From Toensbergia leucococca (Eukaryota): DNA of 64,000 nucleotides. The position numbers and the translations under genes are program-made. This document shows, in pieces, positions 52,414 to 64,000 of this stretch (position 1 is the stretch's first letter; each line of letters begins with the position of its first letter). Under the pieces are notes generated by a model that was given only the letters and a program-made list of their open reading frames with translations, had not been told where the DNA came from and did no database searches. The stretch lies in NCBI GenBank assembly GCA_022813965.1, contig JALDZS010000087.1, forward strand, positions 1 through 64,000, in the 5' to 3' direction.

Positions 52414-55400
52414 CTAATTCGTTGGCACCTGCGCAAGTTGATGAGAATGCCTGCTCGTATGGGAGCCATGCCGCCCGCTTTTGGCCAGTGATCCGACATC
52501 GTGCCTCCCTACAAACAAAACGCATCGTCAATAATCTTCTCACTGTTGCGAAACCAATGTTTCTTTCAGCTTCGTTGAAGCAAGCACGGAAATGCTTACC
52601 GTCGCAACAAGCTCTTACGTTTTCCAAGCGATCCGGGTCATGTTCATGTCGCTCTGTGACCTGCCTCACATCATCGGCGCTATCATGCACCGCACTGCCG
52701 TTGTATAGGCTCCCCGTTTCCTGTTGCTGGCCGGGTTGACTGCGTTTGCTGGAGAAAGATTCACGTGCTGCAGGGGGGCTGTTGGGTCGCCAGTAGTTGC
52801 TGAAACGGGAGGATAGGGAGCGGTGCTGTTTGGAGGCTGAAGATTGACCTGGATCTGCTGCTGCTGGTTGTTGGCGTGAGGAAAGACTGGATGGAGCGCG
52901 ATGAGCTGAGGGGTTGCGTGACGCCTGGCTAGCGAACGAGGCCAAAGAGGTGCGGGAACCGACAGTGCGAGATCCTCGTCTACTATATGAAGGGTTGAAC
53001 TCGGCGACATCGGCAGCGTCTTCGGCCGTTAGGTTGGTGTTGCCTTCGCCGTTCAGAATGGAGCCGTCTGGTGCGGTGCGGAGGAGTAGATATGAAAGAG
53101 CGTTGAACCAAGTCTCATGTCGTTGACCTGTAGTCGCGGTAAATTGTACAGACCGACCAGGTGTGATTATGACTATGCTTTTGCGATGAAGACCTGGAGG
53201 CATGGGATTATCGTCTGTAACCACCCTAACGCCAGTGATAGCCACACTCTTGGCCTTGAGTTCAGCACGGCCGGCCGTTGAAGGGTCTCTGTCGCTCCAG
53301 TACAACGTTCTTGTGTATGGATGAACCCAAAAGAAGCGCTGGTGGCGATTATTCGACATTGCTCCTCTGCCAGCCTTGCGAGTATATTTCCACAAGAATT
53401 CGCCAATCATCGTTTGCGTGATGGCTTGAATCATTCGAGGATCTGTAGCGCCTTCAAAGCCTCCTGGTATAGGCATGCCATCAACTCGAATGTTGAAACG
53501 CTCATTTAATTCAGAAGCAAAGGATGTAACAGAAGATTGGCGTGATACTTGACTCCTAGCCGTTGAATATCGCGTGCGTGAGGTGTTGTGAATCCTTGAA
53601 GAAGGGCTTTGCAAACGCTGCTCACTTGGAGTTCGAGGCCTGAGTGTATTGACTCTGTAGGCTGATGCAGGCGCAAGAGGTGGCCCCATTACAGGCGGTG
53701 GAGCTTCAACTGACGGTGCTTTTTGTGCAGCTGCTGCAATCGCTTGTCGGTGATCAGGAGGTAGAGGAGGATATGCAGTTATTGAAGTACGTAGACTTCC
53801 TGAGCTACCAGGTCGCTTTGGGGTCTTTACAAGGGGGGCAGCTTCTTTAGCGAGACCCGTATCCGCTGCTTTACCTCGAGGACCTCCCAGGCTTTCTTGG
53901 GATCGATCCGCTCTAGAGGGAGATGACACGGCCCCGATATCTGACAGCGGTTTCAATATGGGGGCTACAGCCATCTTTTGCCCATCTGCCACATTGCGTG
54001 TTCCAGAGATATTGTCTTTTTCCTTGATTATTTTATCAATCTGTTCCGAGGAAAGAGTGGTTTGTGAACTCTGGTCAGTCATGTCGAGCAATGCCAATTT
54101 AGGCGCGCCTTGCGGTTTCTCCTTGTTACCAATCCCTCGCTGGAAGATATTTGCTGGGACTTCTCCTAGTGGAAGTTTTCCTTCGCGCTTCGTCGAGGTC
54201 GGCGAAACGGATTGGTCTCGGGCGAACTTTTCTTCAGAATTTTGAGTTACCCGGGAATTTACAGGATCGACCCCTCCAACGACAGAGCCAGTATTGCCTC
54301 TCGAGGTCATTCCGGCCCGGGCTAACCTCGCGGTGTCTGGACTTGAAGCAAGCAACGGGTCAACGCGGCCACCTTGTCGGCGAATATCTCGAAGCGGAAG
54401 ACTTGGGGTTGGTTCAACAGGGATCGTCTCTAGACTTTGAATAGGTGATAGATTAAGTCGAAGTGTTGATGGTAAAGGACTCGGGGAGATTGGTTCAGGG
54501 CGGTGTCCAAATTGAAGATCGCGAGAAGACGAGGATGTTGTTGACATGGGGGTTGAGGTCAAGGCAGGTCCAAAAGTCGGTATTGGGCCGGCAAATCTCT
54601 CAAGCGGTTGATCCCAGACAGTACGTGGAGGAGTCGAATTACGGGTAGAAATCGAATTTAGATGACTACCACTCAAAGGCGTTCTCTGAACTCCGATATC
54701 CCGAGTCTTCGGAGTAGACTTGGAAGTACTCAGAATCCGATTACCTGCACTACCTGTCGACACATCTTCAGTAATGGCACTAGAGGACTGGCTAGGTTCC
54801 CAATCCTCCGTCATCATTTCAGAGTTGACCATCGGAAGTCTTGGGATTGGTGGCGTTTCATTTGACACAGCTTCGTTCTGCAATACGGGCAATGGCCTCG
54901 TTACAGGCGTTGATCGTGGCGAAATTAGGCTTTTCTTGCTCGGAGTACCTTCCACTTCCTCGTCGCTTTCATCACCATTCAAATCACCCAATTCAGCAAA
55001 GAGGCTCTGGTTTCCTTGGCTGGGGGGATTGATGAAGCTTGCTGGTGAGTTTCTGGTACTCGAGGGACTATTGTCTGCCAATGACTCGCTGCCTATGCGA
55101 GACCGGCGGGAAGCACGATTGAGCTTCAAGCGATAGCGTTGTGGCTGAGCTTGGATTGGTGTGTCGGCTTGATACTCTTCGTCATCGGCTGAAGTTGATG
55201 CTGTGCTTATGAAGGACGATCTACTACCAGGCTTTGCTGTCATCAGCGACAATGCCTGTGGTCCCCGAACGGTTCGTCTCCGGATGTTAGCGCCTTCGGT
55301 CTCTGTATTCTCGTCGCTACTGTCTCCTGCCATACTCTCAACACCCGTCTGGAAAGCCTCATTTTCCGTGGCGGTCTCAAAAGCATCTTCGGTTTCATTG

Positions 55401-57083
55401 GCAGTCTGATAGGCGTCGCTCATGTCAGTAAATCGACCTCCTGAGGTTTCACTGTCAACGTTGAGTGACCTAGGGACGGCAGCGCGCTTGGGACTAGCTT
55501 CGCCATTGTGGTCCTCCCACGCAGCATCATCAAGCAATACATCAGTCCTGCTGTTTCGTTCTGCTCCGAGCATAGCAGTTCGAGCTGGCCTCTTTGAGGC
55601 ATCCTGGTTTGGCTTTGACTTTAATCGCTTATTGTCAATATTGGATCCTCCAGACTCGCGCCTCCGTATCTCCAACTCATCTCTTGCTTCTTGGAGCATG
55701 CGCTTCAATTCCAATTTCTCGGTCTTTTCTCGATGGTTGGTACTCCTTAGATTTTGAATCATGCGATTGGCGTGATTGAGGGAGCTTTTCAATGTCTCTG
55801 ACTCTAACATTGAATGTCTGGCAATGCCTTTTGTTGGAGATGGAGGAGGCGAGTTTTCCGAATCGAGTCGATCCAAGGAAAAGTCCTCGGTCTCCGGGCC
55901 CAAATCCTCTCTTGGCTCAATTTCATCTTGTCTCAAACGCCCTGCCATTGCATTTGCGAGCTCTTGGTTCTGAGATGTCAGTTCCTCCACTTTACGCTGG
56001 AGTGTGCCTCTATCGTTTTCTCCGAGGCTCAGGTTCCTCTGCAAACCCGCAACTTCGGATTCATGACCTTTACGGATTGTGGCATGATGTTCGATTATCT
56101 TGTTGTAGGTCTGCCTAAGATCATCCAATTCCCTCTGAGCAGAACTTTTCTCGGACGTTGTGATAGTCAAAGCCTGCTGCAACTTTTGTTCTCTATCTGA
56201 TGCTTCTCTTGCCGCTGCATGCATTTCATGGGTCTGAGTCTCCAAACTCCAATTCTCGTCCTTGTAGCGCTGCTCGCTTTCATCCAAAGCTCTGAGACGT
56301 TGTGAGAAACCTTCAGCTTCCGACTCCAATCGAGAGTTTTTCAGATTAACAGTCTTCAGACTTTCTTCTCGCTCGGCCAGGACTGTCTGCAATTTCCTGA
56401 TTTGTGCCAAAAGCGAAGTACTTATCTCAGTAACAAACTCAATATCATGAACATTATTTGAAGGTTGATTTCGTTGCTTTCGCGAGGGAATATTGAGCTT
56501 CGAAGGCGAATCAGTGGCATGACTAGAGAATTTAGCCGGGCTGGTGGGATTCTGTGTCTATCGTCAATCGATTGCTATGTAACAAGAATATCATTCCTAC
56601 CCTGCCGTCCAGCACAAAAGTAGAGTGATCCTCGTCGTCTGATCCCACAGCACCCGATTTAGGAGCAAGGAACACCCTAGCACTTTCTCGGCCTACCTCG
56701 TCATACTCTCTCTCAACATCAATGAGTTTCTGCCGTAGATCAGGCCCAATATCTCCTTCCTCTTGTTGCGCTTCTATGTCGCACAACCTTTCAGTGAAAT
56801 CAGTCCGTTGCTGGGCTAATGTTTCGGCAAGTTTTTTGGTCTCATTTAGCCTCCGCTGAGTTTCAGCCAAATGGGCCTCAACTGCTCTTTTGGCTTGGGA
56901 TGGAGAGGAGAACTGAGGGTTCAGAGCGAATAGCTGATTGTCGAAGGATGAGTAGCGACGAGGATTCGAATGGGGCGTCTGAAATGGTGGGTTTGTGAAA
57001 GGGTCTTCATCTTGCCTATGGGCCCTATTTGCGCTCCCCACTCCAGCGGCTTGGGAACAAACTTTTGCGACCGATGTCGACAT
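52414..57083 (-). CDS. NUM1: Cortical dynein anchor Num1/ApsA (coiled coil + C-terminal PH domain), 3 exons
   Basis: HDIEFVTEISTSLLAQIRKLQ, KDENWSLET, REKTEKLELKRML, TDPRMIQAITQTMIGEFLWKYTRK...HQRFFWVHPYTRTLYWS PH domain, LENVRACCDG|RHDVGSL. Confidence 0.95.
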
Positions 57084-57717
57084 ATCGCCAATGTTTCCTA
57101 TGGTGTCGCGTGCGCAGGTTTTGTTTCAAGTGCCACTTCGAGCTAGACGTTCGACCGAGGCATTACTGCAAGGGATGAGACTTTTAGCCAAGAACGAAGG
57201 ACCAACTTTGCCCGCCGCTGGGTGGAGATATTGTATCGCCAGACTCGGAAAGCAGATTTACAACGAGTGAAATAAGATTGTGGGGTGTAAATGATCTGTA
57301 TCGTTAGCCACACGCGCCTTGCGGGTTCAAGTGAAATAACAACGCGTGTCGAGTCTCGCAGCAGCCGGGTTAGTCTCGGTAATCGAAAAGAACAAAGGAA
57401 AGATGTGTTTGTAGCACGAAAGAAGGATAATACAGGAGAGGAGAGAGGCTTGTAATGATGCTGAGGATACACGATGTTGACAGGGTGGGAAGGCACTGGT
57501 GGCACGGCCGAGGGCCTTGATTATTCATTCAAATTGGCGATCAATTGCAAGGGTAGATACCGCATTGGGAATTTTGGTATCTGATTGGATGTAAGGTTAC
57601 ATTTAAGGTTCCCCCGGAGATATTGCCCTAACCCTAATTCCCCTAGGTGCTCATCCTCCTCGATTGCTAATGTCTACGGAGTACTACTAATGCTGACATG
57701 AACGCCACTTGTCCATA

Positions 57718-57747
57718 CCTTACTCTACCTTACTCTACCTTACTCTA
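57718..57747 (+). repeat. (CCTTACTCTA)3 tandem repeat
   Basis: Direct read of a 10-mer repeated three times. Confidence 0.8.
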
Positions 57748-58079
57748 TACCTTATTCGCGATGAAACTTGATGTTCTTCTCGAAGATAGTAAAAGAGCAC
57801 CAGAGCACCTGAAGGGGCGAAAATATCAAGTGCTCGTTCATTATCCAATTCTTCATACCTGCCCAAGACCATTTCACTGAATTCTAGTCATTACTTCCAA
57901 TATGACTGCTGCGCGAAATCCGTCATGTATTTGACGAAATGATCAAAGTATATAAGCTTTTGAATGGGCTTGAAACTTCTTCATCCGTACCCGTATACGC
58001 GCAAAGTCATCCCTCAGTCTTTCTTTCTAATCCTTATTCAATCACCAGTGCTTCTTATACTTCTCCGGCCTCATTGGCC

Positions 58080-59183
58080 ATGTTCTTCTACTTTGTCCTG
58101 TCTGTTCTTCTCATCTTTTCAGTCCATGGTATTCATTCAGCAAGGCTTGGATCCTCAGGCCTATCTCCACGTTACGTATGGCATCATGACAATGCTCATG
58201 ACCTTCATTGCAGTGACTTTTTCGGCCATCCCGATACCACAGACTGCGAATATATTGTGCAAAAGATAATCGATCATGAACTTGGTAATGACGATGAGGC
58301 TACTTGGAGGTCTTTTACTGTGTATTGGGAGTTTCTCAATATTGGCGGCCAATCGCAATATCGAGATCAAGTGGAAGGTACTTATAGTACTCCTATTTAC
58401 TGGTCCCATGGTTAGTTGAATTCTTCTCCGCCTCCTTTGATATCAAGCTGAACTCTATCTTTCTTTGATTAGGAAATTGTAAGATGGCCCTCTTCGTTGA
58501 TTGCGGTCCCGGCAAAGGTCCTACAGATATAGATACTTGGCTCAGCGTCAATGAAGTATTTGCATTTGTGAATTATCAGTGTGTTAATCGTGGGTATACA
58601 GGAGGCTATTCACCAAATAATGGTAAGTCTCTTTGAGATGCGAATACCGTCTTTCAGTGAAGCAGGATACCTTCCCATCAACTCCCTCTCAATCTATCAC
58701 CCAGGTTTGAAATTGTTGCCGCTCTAACAGAGGCGAAATGAAGGCGACGAAACCCGAAGCCTAATAGGCTACGTCTATGAGCCAGACTCGGACTTTGAAC
58801 GAATTCTCAACTACAAATTGCGCTGTCCAGTCTGCGATAAGCAGACTTGTCCCGCACAGGCTGGGTCCAGCTTATCATGTTCCAACAACCCAGGTGTATC
58901 AGAGAACCCCGAAACGGCTGCAGATCCGCAGGTCCCATCTACTCTACCTCAGAAGGGGTACTCACAATTCGCCATTACCTTGAACGAACAGCAGACTTGC
59001 GGCGTTGCGTGTAAATCCGATGCGGACTGCATGTGTAGTGATTATCAGTGTATTATGGACACGTCAACCATCGGGCGCTTGCGGAAGATCACGCAGGAGT
59101 GTGTATTCGTGGTGCTGGCTGCAGGCGCTACTTCAGCATTGAGAAATGGGAAAGGAACTCGTGATCTGGGGGAAAGCAGCTGA
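58080..59183 (+). CDS. Secreted Cys-rich protein, 3 exons
   Basis: Signal peptide MFFYFVLSVLLIFSVHG; CSDFFGHPDTTDC, TPIYWSHG|NC, QCVNRGYTGG, then a second Cys-rich module CGVACKSDADCMCSDYQC. Confidence 0.72.
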
Positions 59184-59458
59184 ATTGCTTGACGTAGAAT
59201 ATGTATCGAGTTATTAGAAGTCGTTAAAGCGTTAGAGATGCATTTTCAAGTCGAAGATCAATATCACACATAGACTGCTCAAGCAGGGAGTTGCTTCTGA
59301 AAACGGAGAAGATTTCTTTTTTTCCATGCGCTTCTAGGTGTCGTAGAACAAACAGCACATGCGATTTACTCTATTTAATCAATTTATCAGCAACTCAAGC
59401 CAAAATATCAGAGTCAACCCTTTGCAAATGACACCCCCTCTGCCCCTCCACCATCACC

Positions 59459-60502
59459 ATGGACACAAATGAATCACCCATACAGGACCCTCACGAGATA
59501 CAGTCTCTATTCAAGAAACGTGCCGTAAAAAAATCCACCCTCCGCAAACGCCCCGCAACTCCCCCACCCGCAGCATCAGACGACTCCGACTACTCCTCCT
59601 TTGACGACGAAAGCGGCCGCAAAATCAAACGTCAACGAAAGACCGCAGTCGTAACCGCAAGCTCAGAAAGCACCACCAAGCTCCCCAAAGCAGACCTCGG
59701 CCCCCCAAAGCACACCGCCGACCGCACAGCGCAGATCGAATCGACAAACGACGCCACCAAGCAATCAAACTGGTTCGACGAATCCGGCAAAGACGCCTTG
59801 AGCCCCAAGAATCTCCTCGGGACCACTCGAGCTCGTCCGAATACAGGCGCTGAGGTCGATAGCGATGGCACCTACAAGGGCGCCTCCAACTACCAGTCAT
59901 TCATCCAAAAGAACCCCAACGCGCCCTCCAAACAGGTCGGTCCCGTAAAGGCCCCCACAAACATCCGCACAATCACTGTCACCGATTTTGCGCCAGACGT
60001 GTGCAAAGACTACAAGCAAACCGGCTTCTGCGGCTTCGGGGATAGCTGCAAATTTCTCCATGCTAGGGAGGATTACAAGCAGGGCTGGGAACTGGACAAG
60101 GACTGGGAAATCGGGACCAAGGGCAAGAAACTCAACGGCAAGACTGTGGCGTCGGCGAATAGGAATAAAGCTGGTAACGGGGAGGCGGGATCGGATGATG
60201 ATGATGATGATGATGAGGATGCGATTTTGGAGGGCATACCCTTTGCGTGCATCATCTGCAAGAAGCCATACACGAACCCCATCATCACAAAATGCGGGCA
60301 CTACTTCTGCGAAGCGTGCGCGCTACAGCGATATCGGAAGAATCCATCCTGTGCGGCGTGTGGGGCGGGCACTGGGGGCGTGTTCAACGGGGCCAAGAAT
60401 TTGAAGAAGCTGCTTGAGAAGAAGAGGGAGCGGGCGAGGAGGAGGAGGGAAAAGGCGCTGGAGAATGGGGAGGAGGTTGAGGTTGAGGAGGATGATAGCT
60501 GA
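59459..60502 (+). CDS. CWC24: Pre-mRNA splicing factor Cwc24 (RNF113; CCCH + RING)
   Basis: PDVCKDYKQTGFCGFGDSCKFLHAREDY CCCH finger and CIIC...CGHYFCEACA...CAAC RING. Confidence 0.97.
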   Translation: MDTNESPIQDPHEIQSLFKKRAVKKSTLRKRPATPPPAASDDSDYSSFDDESGRKIKRQRKTAVVTASSESTTKLPKADLGPPKHTADRTAQIESTNDATKQSNWFDESGKDALSPKNLLGTTRARPNTGAEVDSDGTYKGASNYQSFIQKNPNAPSKQVGPVKAPTNIRTITVTDFAPDVCKDYKQTGFCGFGDSCKFLHAREDYKQGWELDKDWEIGTKGKKLNGKTVASANRNKAGNGEAGSDDDDDDDEDAILEGIPFACIICKKPYTNPIITKCGHYFCEACALQRYRKNPSCAACGAGTGGVFNGAKNLKKLLEKKRERARRRREKALENGEEVEVEEDDS

Positions 60503-62331
60503 GGGGTGATTCCGGCGCTTGTATGACCGCGCAGGTGTACTGGGACGGACTTGATGGGCTATTGCACCAGATTATCATATCGGACCCCAAGCTAGCTCCT
60601 TTTTATTGAATACCCATCAGCTCGAATCGATGGTGTCAAGAATCCATTCAGGCTCATGCCTTGACCCCATCAAGATCCAAGAAAAGACTCTCAATCCTCC
60701 CGCCAAACCCCCAACGCCATCAACAGAAACTTGGATAACAAAACCCCCGCAATAAGAAAAAAGTATATTGATCAACATCGTCCTACTCCGGGCGTTTTCA
60801 ACAAAATCCCTTGCTCCAAATCCAACCCCTCGTCCACAAAACCCTGCCCCTACAAAACCTCCCCCCCCCCCACACAAAAAAAAACAGGTTATCAATTTCA
60901 TTCTGCCATACCCAGTCTCATCATCTATCTCCCACCACAAAATCTGCCCCCCCAAACAAAAAAAACCTCCCAAAATCACCCTCTTATCCCCCCCAAAAAC
61001 CCTAAATCACGACCACAAATCTCCCAACCCTCAAAAAAAAAATCCTTCTCAAAAAACTAAATTCCTCCGGATCTTATTCCCCGCCCCATCTTTCCCCCCC
61101 CCCGGCCCCCCCAGACTCCCAACCGGGTTTTGGATGCTTTGAGAGGGGATGAATGATGTTATCAAAGGGCCCTCTTGACTTTTTCTTTTTATTATCTTAT
61201 CAAGGATGCGGGTGTTTCAATAACTGAGTGATGCCATTGTTTTCTTTTTTTGATTTTCAGGGGCTCATTGGTGATGTGTGTAGATGAAGTGTGTGTGCTT
61301 GTGCAATTGAAAATTTTGAGAAGTTGAGGGGAAGGGAGGTGAGCTAATTAATGCAATACAGAAGGAGAAGTGGAGGGAGTCAGTACTTCACTTCTTTGAG
61401 AAAAATATGCCTTCCATTATTTCGTTCTGATCTTTTTGTGAGTCACTTGAGGAGAAATTGGGGCGGAGTTTTGTTTTCATTTTCTGAGGCGTTTTTATGG
61501 ATCGGAATTATATTATTTGGGAAGGAGGGCGGGGTATAGTACTTTTCTGATGATGAGGTTAGGTACTTTGTATGAGGGTGACCTTTTGAGACTTTTGATT
61601 CTTTTTTTTGGGGGTCTTCCCGATGACCCCTTGATCTTGAGAGGGCGGAGTGATCTGGAGGTGGGAATCTTGGTTTTTTTTTTTTCGGTTGTGGAGAGAT
61701 GTGCTGTGTCTCTTTCTCCCGATCACCTGGGTCCTTGGGTTGAGTTGAAGAGAGATTGTTTGCGGGCGTTTGTTGGATGAGGGGTGGGTTTGTGCAGATG
61801 AATGCATGTGGGGTTTTCTGGTGAGTGAGCTTGAGGAATTTCTTGCTTTTTTTGTTTTTCTTTTTTTTGTGGGAATGGCCGAGTTCTGATCTTGGGGATT
61901 TGAATACCTGAATGGAAGATCTGGGATGTGGGCTGTGTTGCTTGATTGAGGTGCTGTTCTTCTCGGGGACACATGTATCGAGAGGTGTGGATGGAGGGAT
62001 GGTCGATATGGGCGTCGTTGAGGAGGCTTTGGGGGGGGGTACGGAGAAGAGCTGTTTGAGCTAATGGGATTTTGGTTTCTGGATTATTTTGCTGAGGTGA
62101 GGTCAGGGTCATGATTTTGATACTGTGACTCTCTTGTGAGAATATCAGGCAAAATGCAATCATGATTGATAATAGAGAAAGCATTGAAGGGTTCGCGCAT
62201 TTTTATTACTTCAAGAAAAGAGACTGTTAATTGCTGATTTTTCAATCTGGCAGACTAATCTCAAAGCATAAGCACGCAGACACTGTCAACCCTCGATCAA
62301 GACCTATTCACAAGATCCGTACTCGCATACC

Positions 62332-63063
62332 TCATCCCCCAAAGAACCATCCGGGTTTAGCCACCACTTTCTTCTCCATTCCTTTCTCCTTCGCTTCCAT
62401 CAAGCTCTTCTCCTTATCGATCCGTTTCTTCTTAGCAGCCATCCATTTATCATGCAACTGTTCTTCTTCCTCGTCCGTTGACAATTCCTTATCTTTCTCT
62501 TCGTCCTTCCGGGCTGTCCGTTTCAATCGAGTCCCCATCACAGCTGGCTGTTTACTCCTCTCCTCTAGTTTCTTGCTCTCTGCAGCCAGCTTCCTACTCT
62601 TCTCGACCATTTTTTTACTCTCCTTGGCCAGGAATCTATCTCTATCCGAGTCTGAGTCGTCAACCACTTGTATGTTCTTCCGAGCCCTCCGTGCCATCTG
62701 TGTATCTTCCTCATCTGTCATTGAATCCTCCTCACCCATCATGCTAGCTTTCTCATTCAACCGCCTATCTTGCTCATCCAATATTCGGTCTTCCCTATTT
62801 CCCTGTGTCTCCTTCCGAGCCGTCCGTGCGTCCTTGTGAGCTATCTGTAGATCCAAATGAGCCATACGCAGGTCCTCTTGACCCACGCGTATGTCCTTCT
62901 GAGCCAGACGTAGTTCCTTCTGAGCTATCCCTAGATCTTTCACATCCAGGAGTTCATTCCTCGCAACCTTTCATTCATCCCTCGCAGTTGACCGTCCATT
63001 CCTCTCATCCATGCGTTTATCTCTCGCATCCATCAGCCTCCCTCTCTCTCTCTCATTTTCCAT
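62332..63063 (-). pseudogene. Charged coiled-coil protein gene, apparently disrupted at its 5' end
   Basis: 203-codon open frame with heptads LRLAQKD/IRVGQED/LRMAHLD/LQIAHKD; an in-frame TGA at 62971-62973 separates it from upstream in-frame ATGs. Confidence 0.45.
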
Positions 63064-63665
63064 GTACAACATTGCGCCAAGAATAATCTTTGGAAGTTCA
63101 TAACAGGGATAAGAAAATATGTTTTGAGACGTAGTCGATATGCAGAAAGAGAAGCCGAAGAAGGTTCAGAGATTGGTAAGTAAACTGGAATATAGAAGAA
63201 AAAGCATAGATTTATATGTTAATCCCTTGAGCTATCACTCAACAAATGATTCATATTCGACATACCGCATATACCGTGAACATGACCCAATCGTGACTTT
63301 TCTTGTTGTGGATCTTCCACTACTTAATCAGGATTTACTTCATGTTCTCAGTAACAGGCATGAATAATGAAGAAAATAATGATCGATATGGAGAGAGATT
63401 GGTAGCCCCAGCGATGAGGCAGACTTGTAACTCCAACCACATGGGGAATTGGCTTTCATCAAACTCGATAGCCATGAACCCGAAAAAAACGGCTATAGTC
63501 ACCGCGATTTTTCGAACTTCAGCGGAGCGTCTCGTCAAAACGTCATTAATTTCTGGCAATGTTCATACACTTTTAGTCGTTAATATGTACGTATCCTCAG
63601 CTATATACAATAAGCACTATCGAGCATACCGACACCACCTTTCTCACCTGCACTCCATACCCAAT

Positions 63666-64000
63666 CTACTCACCCTCCTCCGTGCCTACCACACTCACCT
63701 CCTTTCCAAACCAACCGGCCTCCTTCGCTACCCATGCTAACCCCCCCAGCAATGCACTGAATCCCGTAAAGATGATCATTCCTCCGAATGGAGTGGCGTA
63801 CGCACCAATAGAGCCCATGGAGGCGTACATCAAACCCTCACTCACAGGTCCGGAGGCAACACTGCCGATACCGCGTCCAGTGCAGAAAAGTCCGATCATG
63901 AAACCCATATCGACAGCCCCACTGTTCGGTTCTCCTCTCAGCACATGAATGACTCCCGCCCATGTGATCGAATATCCTCCGGCGAAGAAGCCGTAGAACA
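63666..64000 (-). CDS. MFS monocarboxylate-transporter-like protein, 3' end only (runs off the window)
   Basis: FYGFFAGGYSITWAG...GLFCTGRGIGSVASGPVSEGL...FGGMIIFTG. Confidence 0.82.
   Translation of the reverse strand, partial: FYGFFAGGYSITWAGVIHVLRGEPNSGAVDMGFMIGLFCTGRGIGSVASGPVSEGLMYASMGSIGAYATPFGGMIIFTGFSALLGGLAWVAKEAGWFGKEVSVVGTEEGE

Noticed and set aside
52422..56200. Many + strand ORFs antisense to NUM1
   Set aside because: Shadow ORFs of a long coding exon
57626..57637. CCCTAACCCTAA telomere-like dimer, considered as a telomerase RNA template or interstitial telomere
   Set aside because: Only two units in a 1-kb promoter region, too little room for a roughly 2-kb fungal telomerase RNA; chance or a Myb-type factor site is more likely
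60617..62184. Numerous Pro/Lys-rich or Gly/Phe-rich ORFs
   Set aside because: Artefacts of skewed, homopolymer-rich composition that lacks stop codons

Overview
Eukaryotic nuclear DNA from a filamentous ascomycete (Pezizomycotina; possibly a lichen-forming Lecanoromycete, which is inference only). Evidence: short (about 50-70 nt) spliceosomal introns with CTRAY branch points. About 24 protein-coding genes can be assembled by hand. They include NAD(P)HX epimerase, mitochondrial S16, an AVT-type amino-acid transporter, dynactin p24/RO-10, SHO1, a PQ-loop protein, three MFS transporters, ferrochelatase head-to-head with KU70, ALG5, DUF3431, a membrane-anchored fucose-lectin-like protein, a WSC sensor, a DUF3445 protein, NUM1/ApsA and CWC24. 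There is also one intron-containing tRNA-Gly(UCC), several pseudogene relics and two CpG-free AT-rich patches. No biosynthetic cluster, CRISPR array or intact transposon was seen. The most interesting signals are: (i) an orphan secreted-protein gene, missed by the ORF track, whose first five introns are all phase 0 and which has 18- and 27-nt micro-exons; (ii) recurrent abrupt C/A-to-G/T strand-composition flips that ignore gene orientation; (iii) two distant secreted Cys proteins sharing a PxxWxHGxC...CV...GG motif; (iv) two GC-AG introns; (v) CpG-specific rather than CpA decay of relic DNA. All splice models were read by eye and need RNA-seq confirmation.
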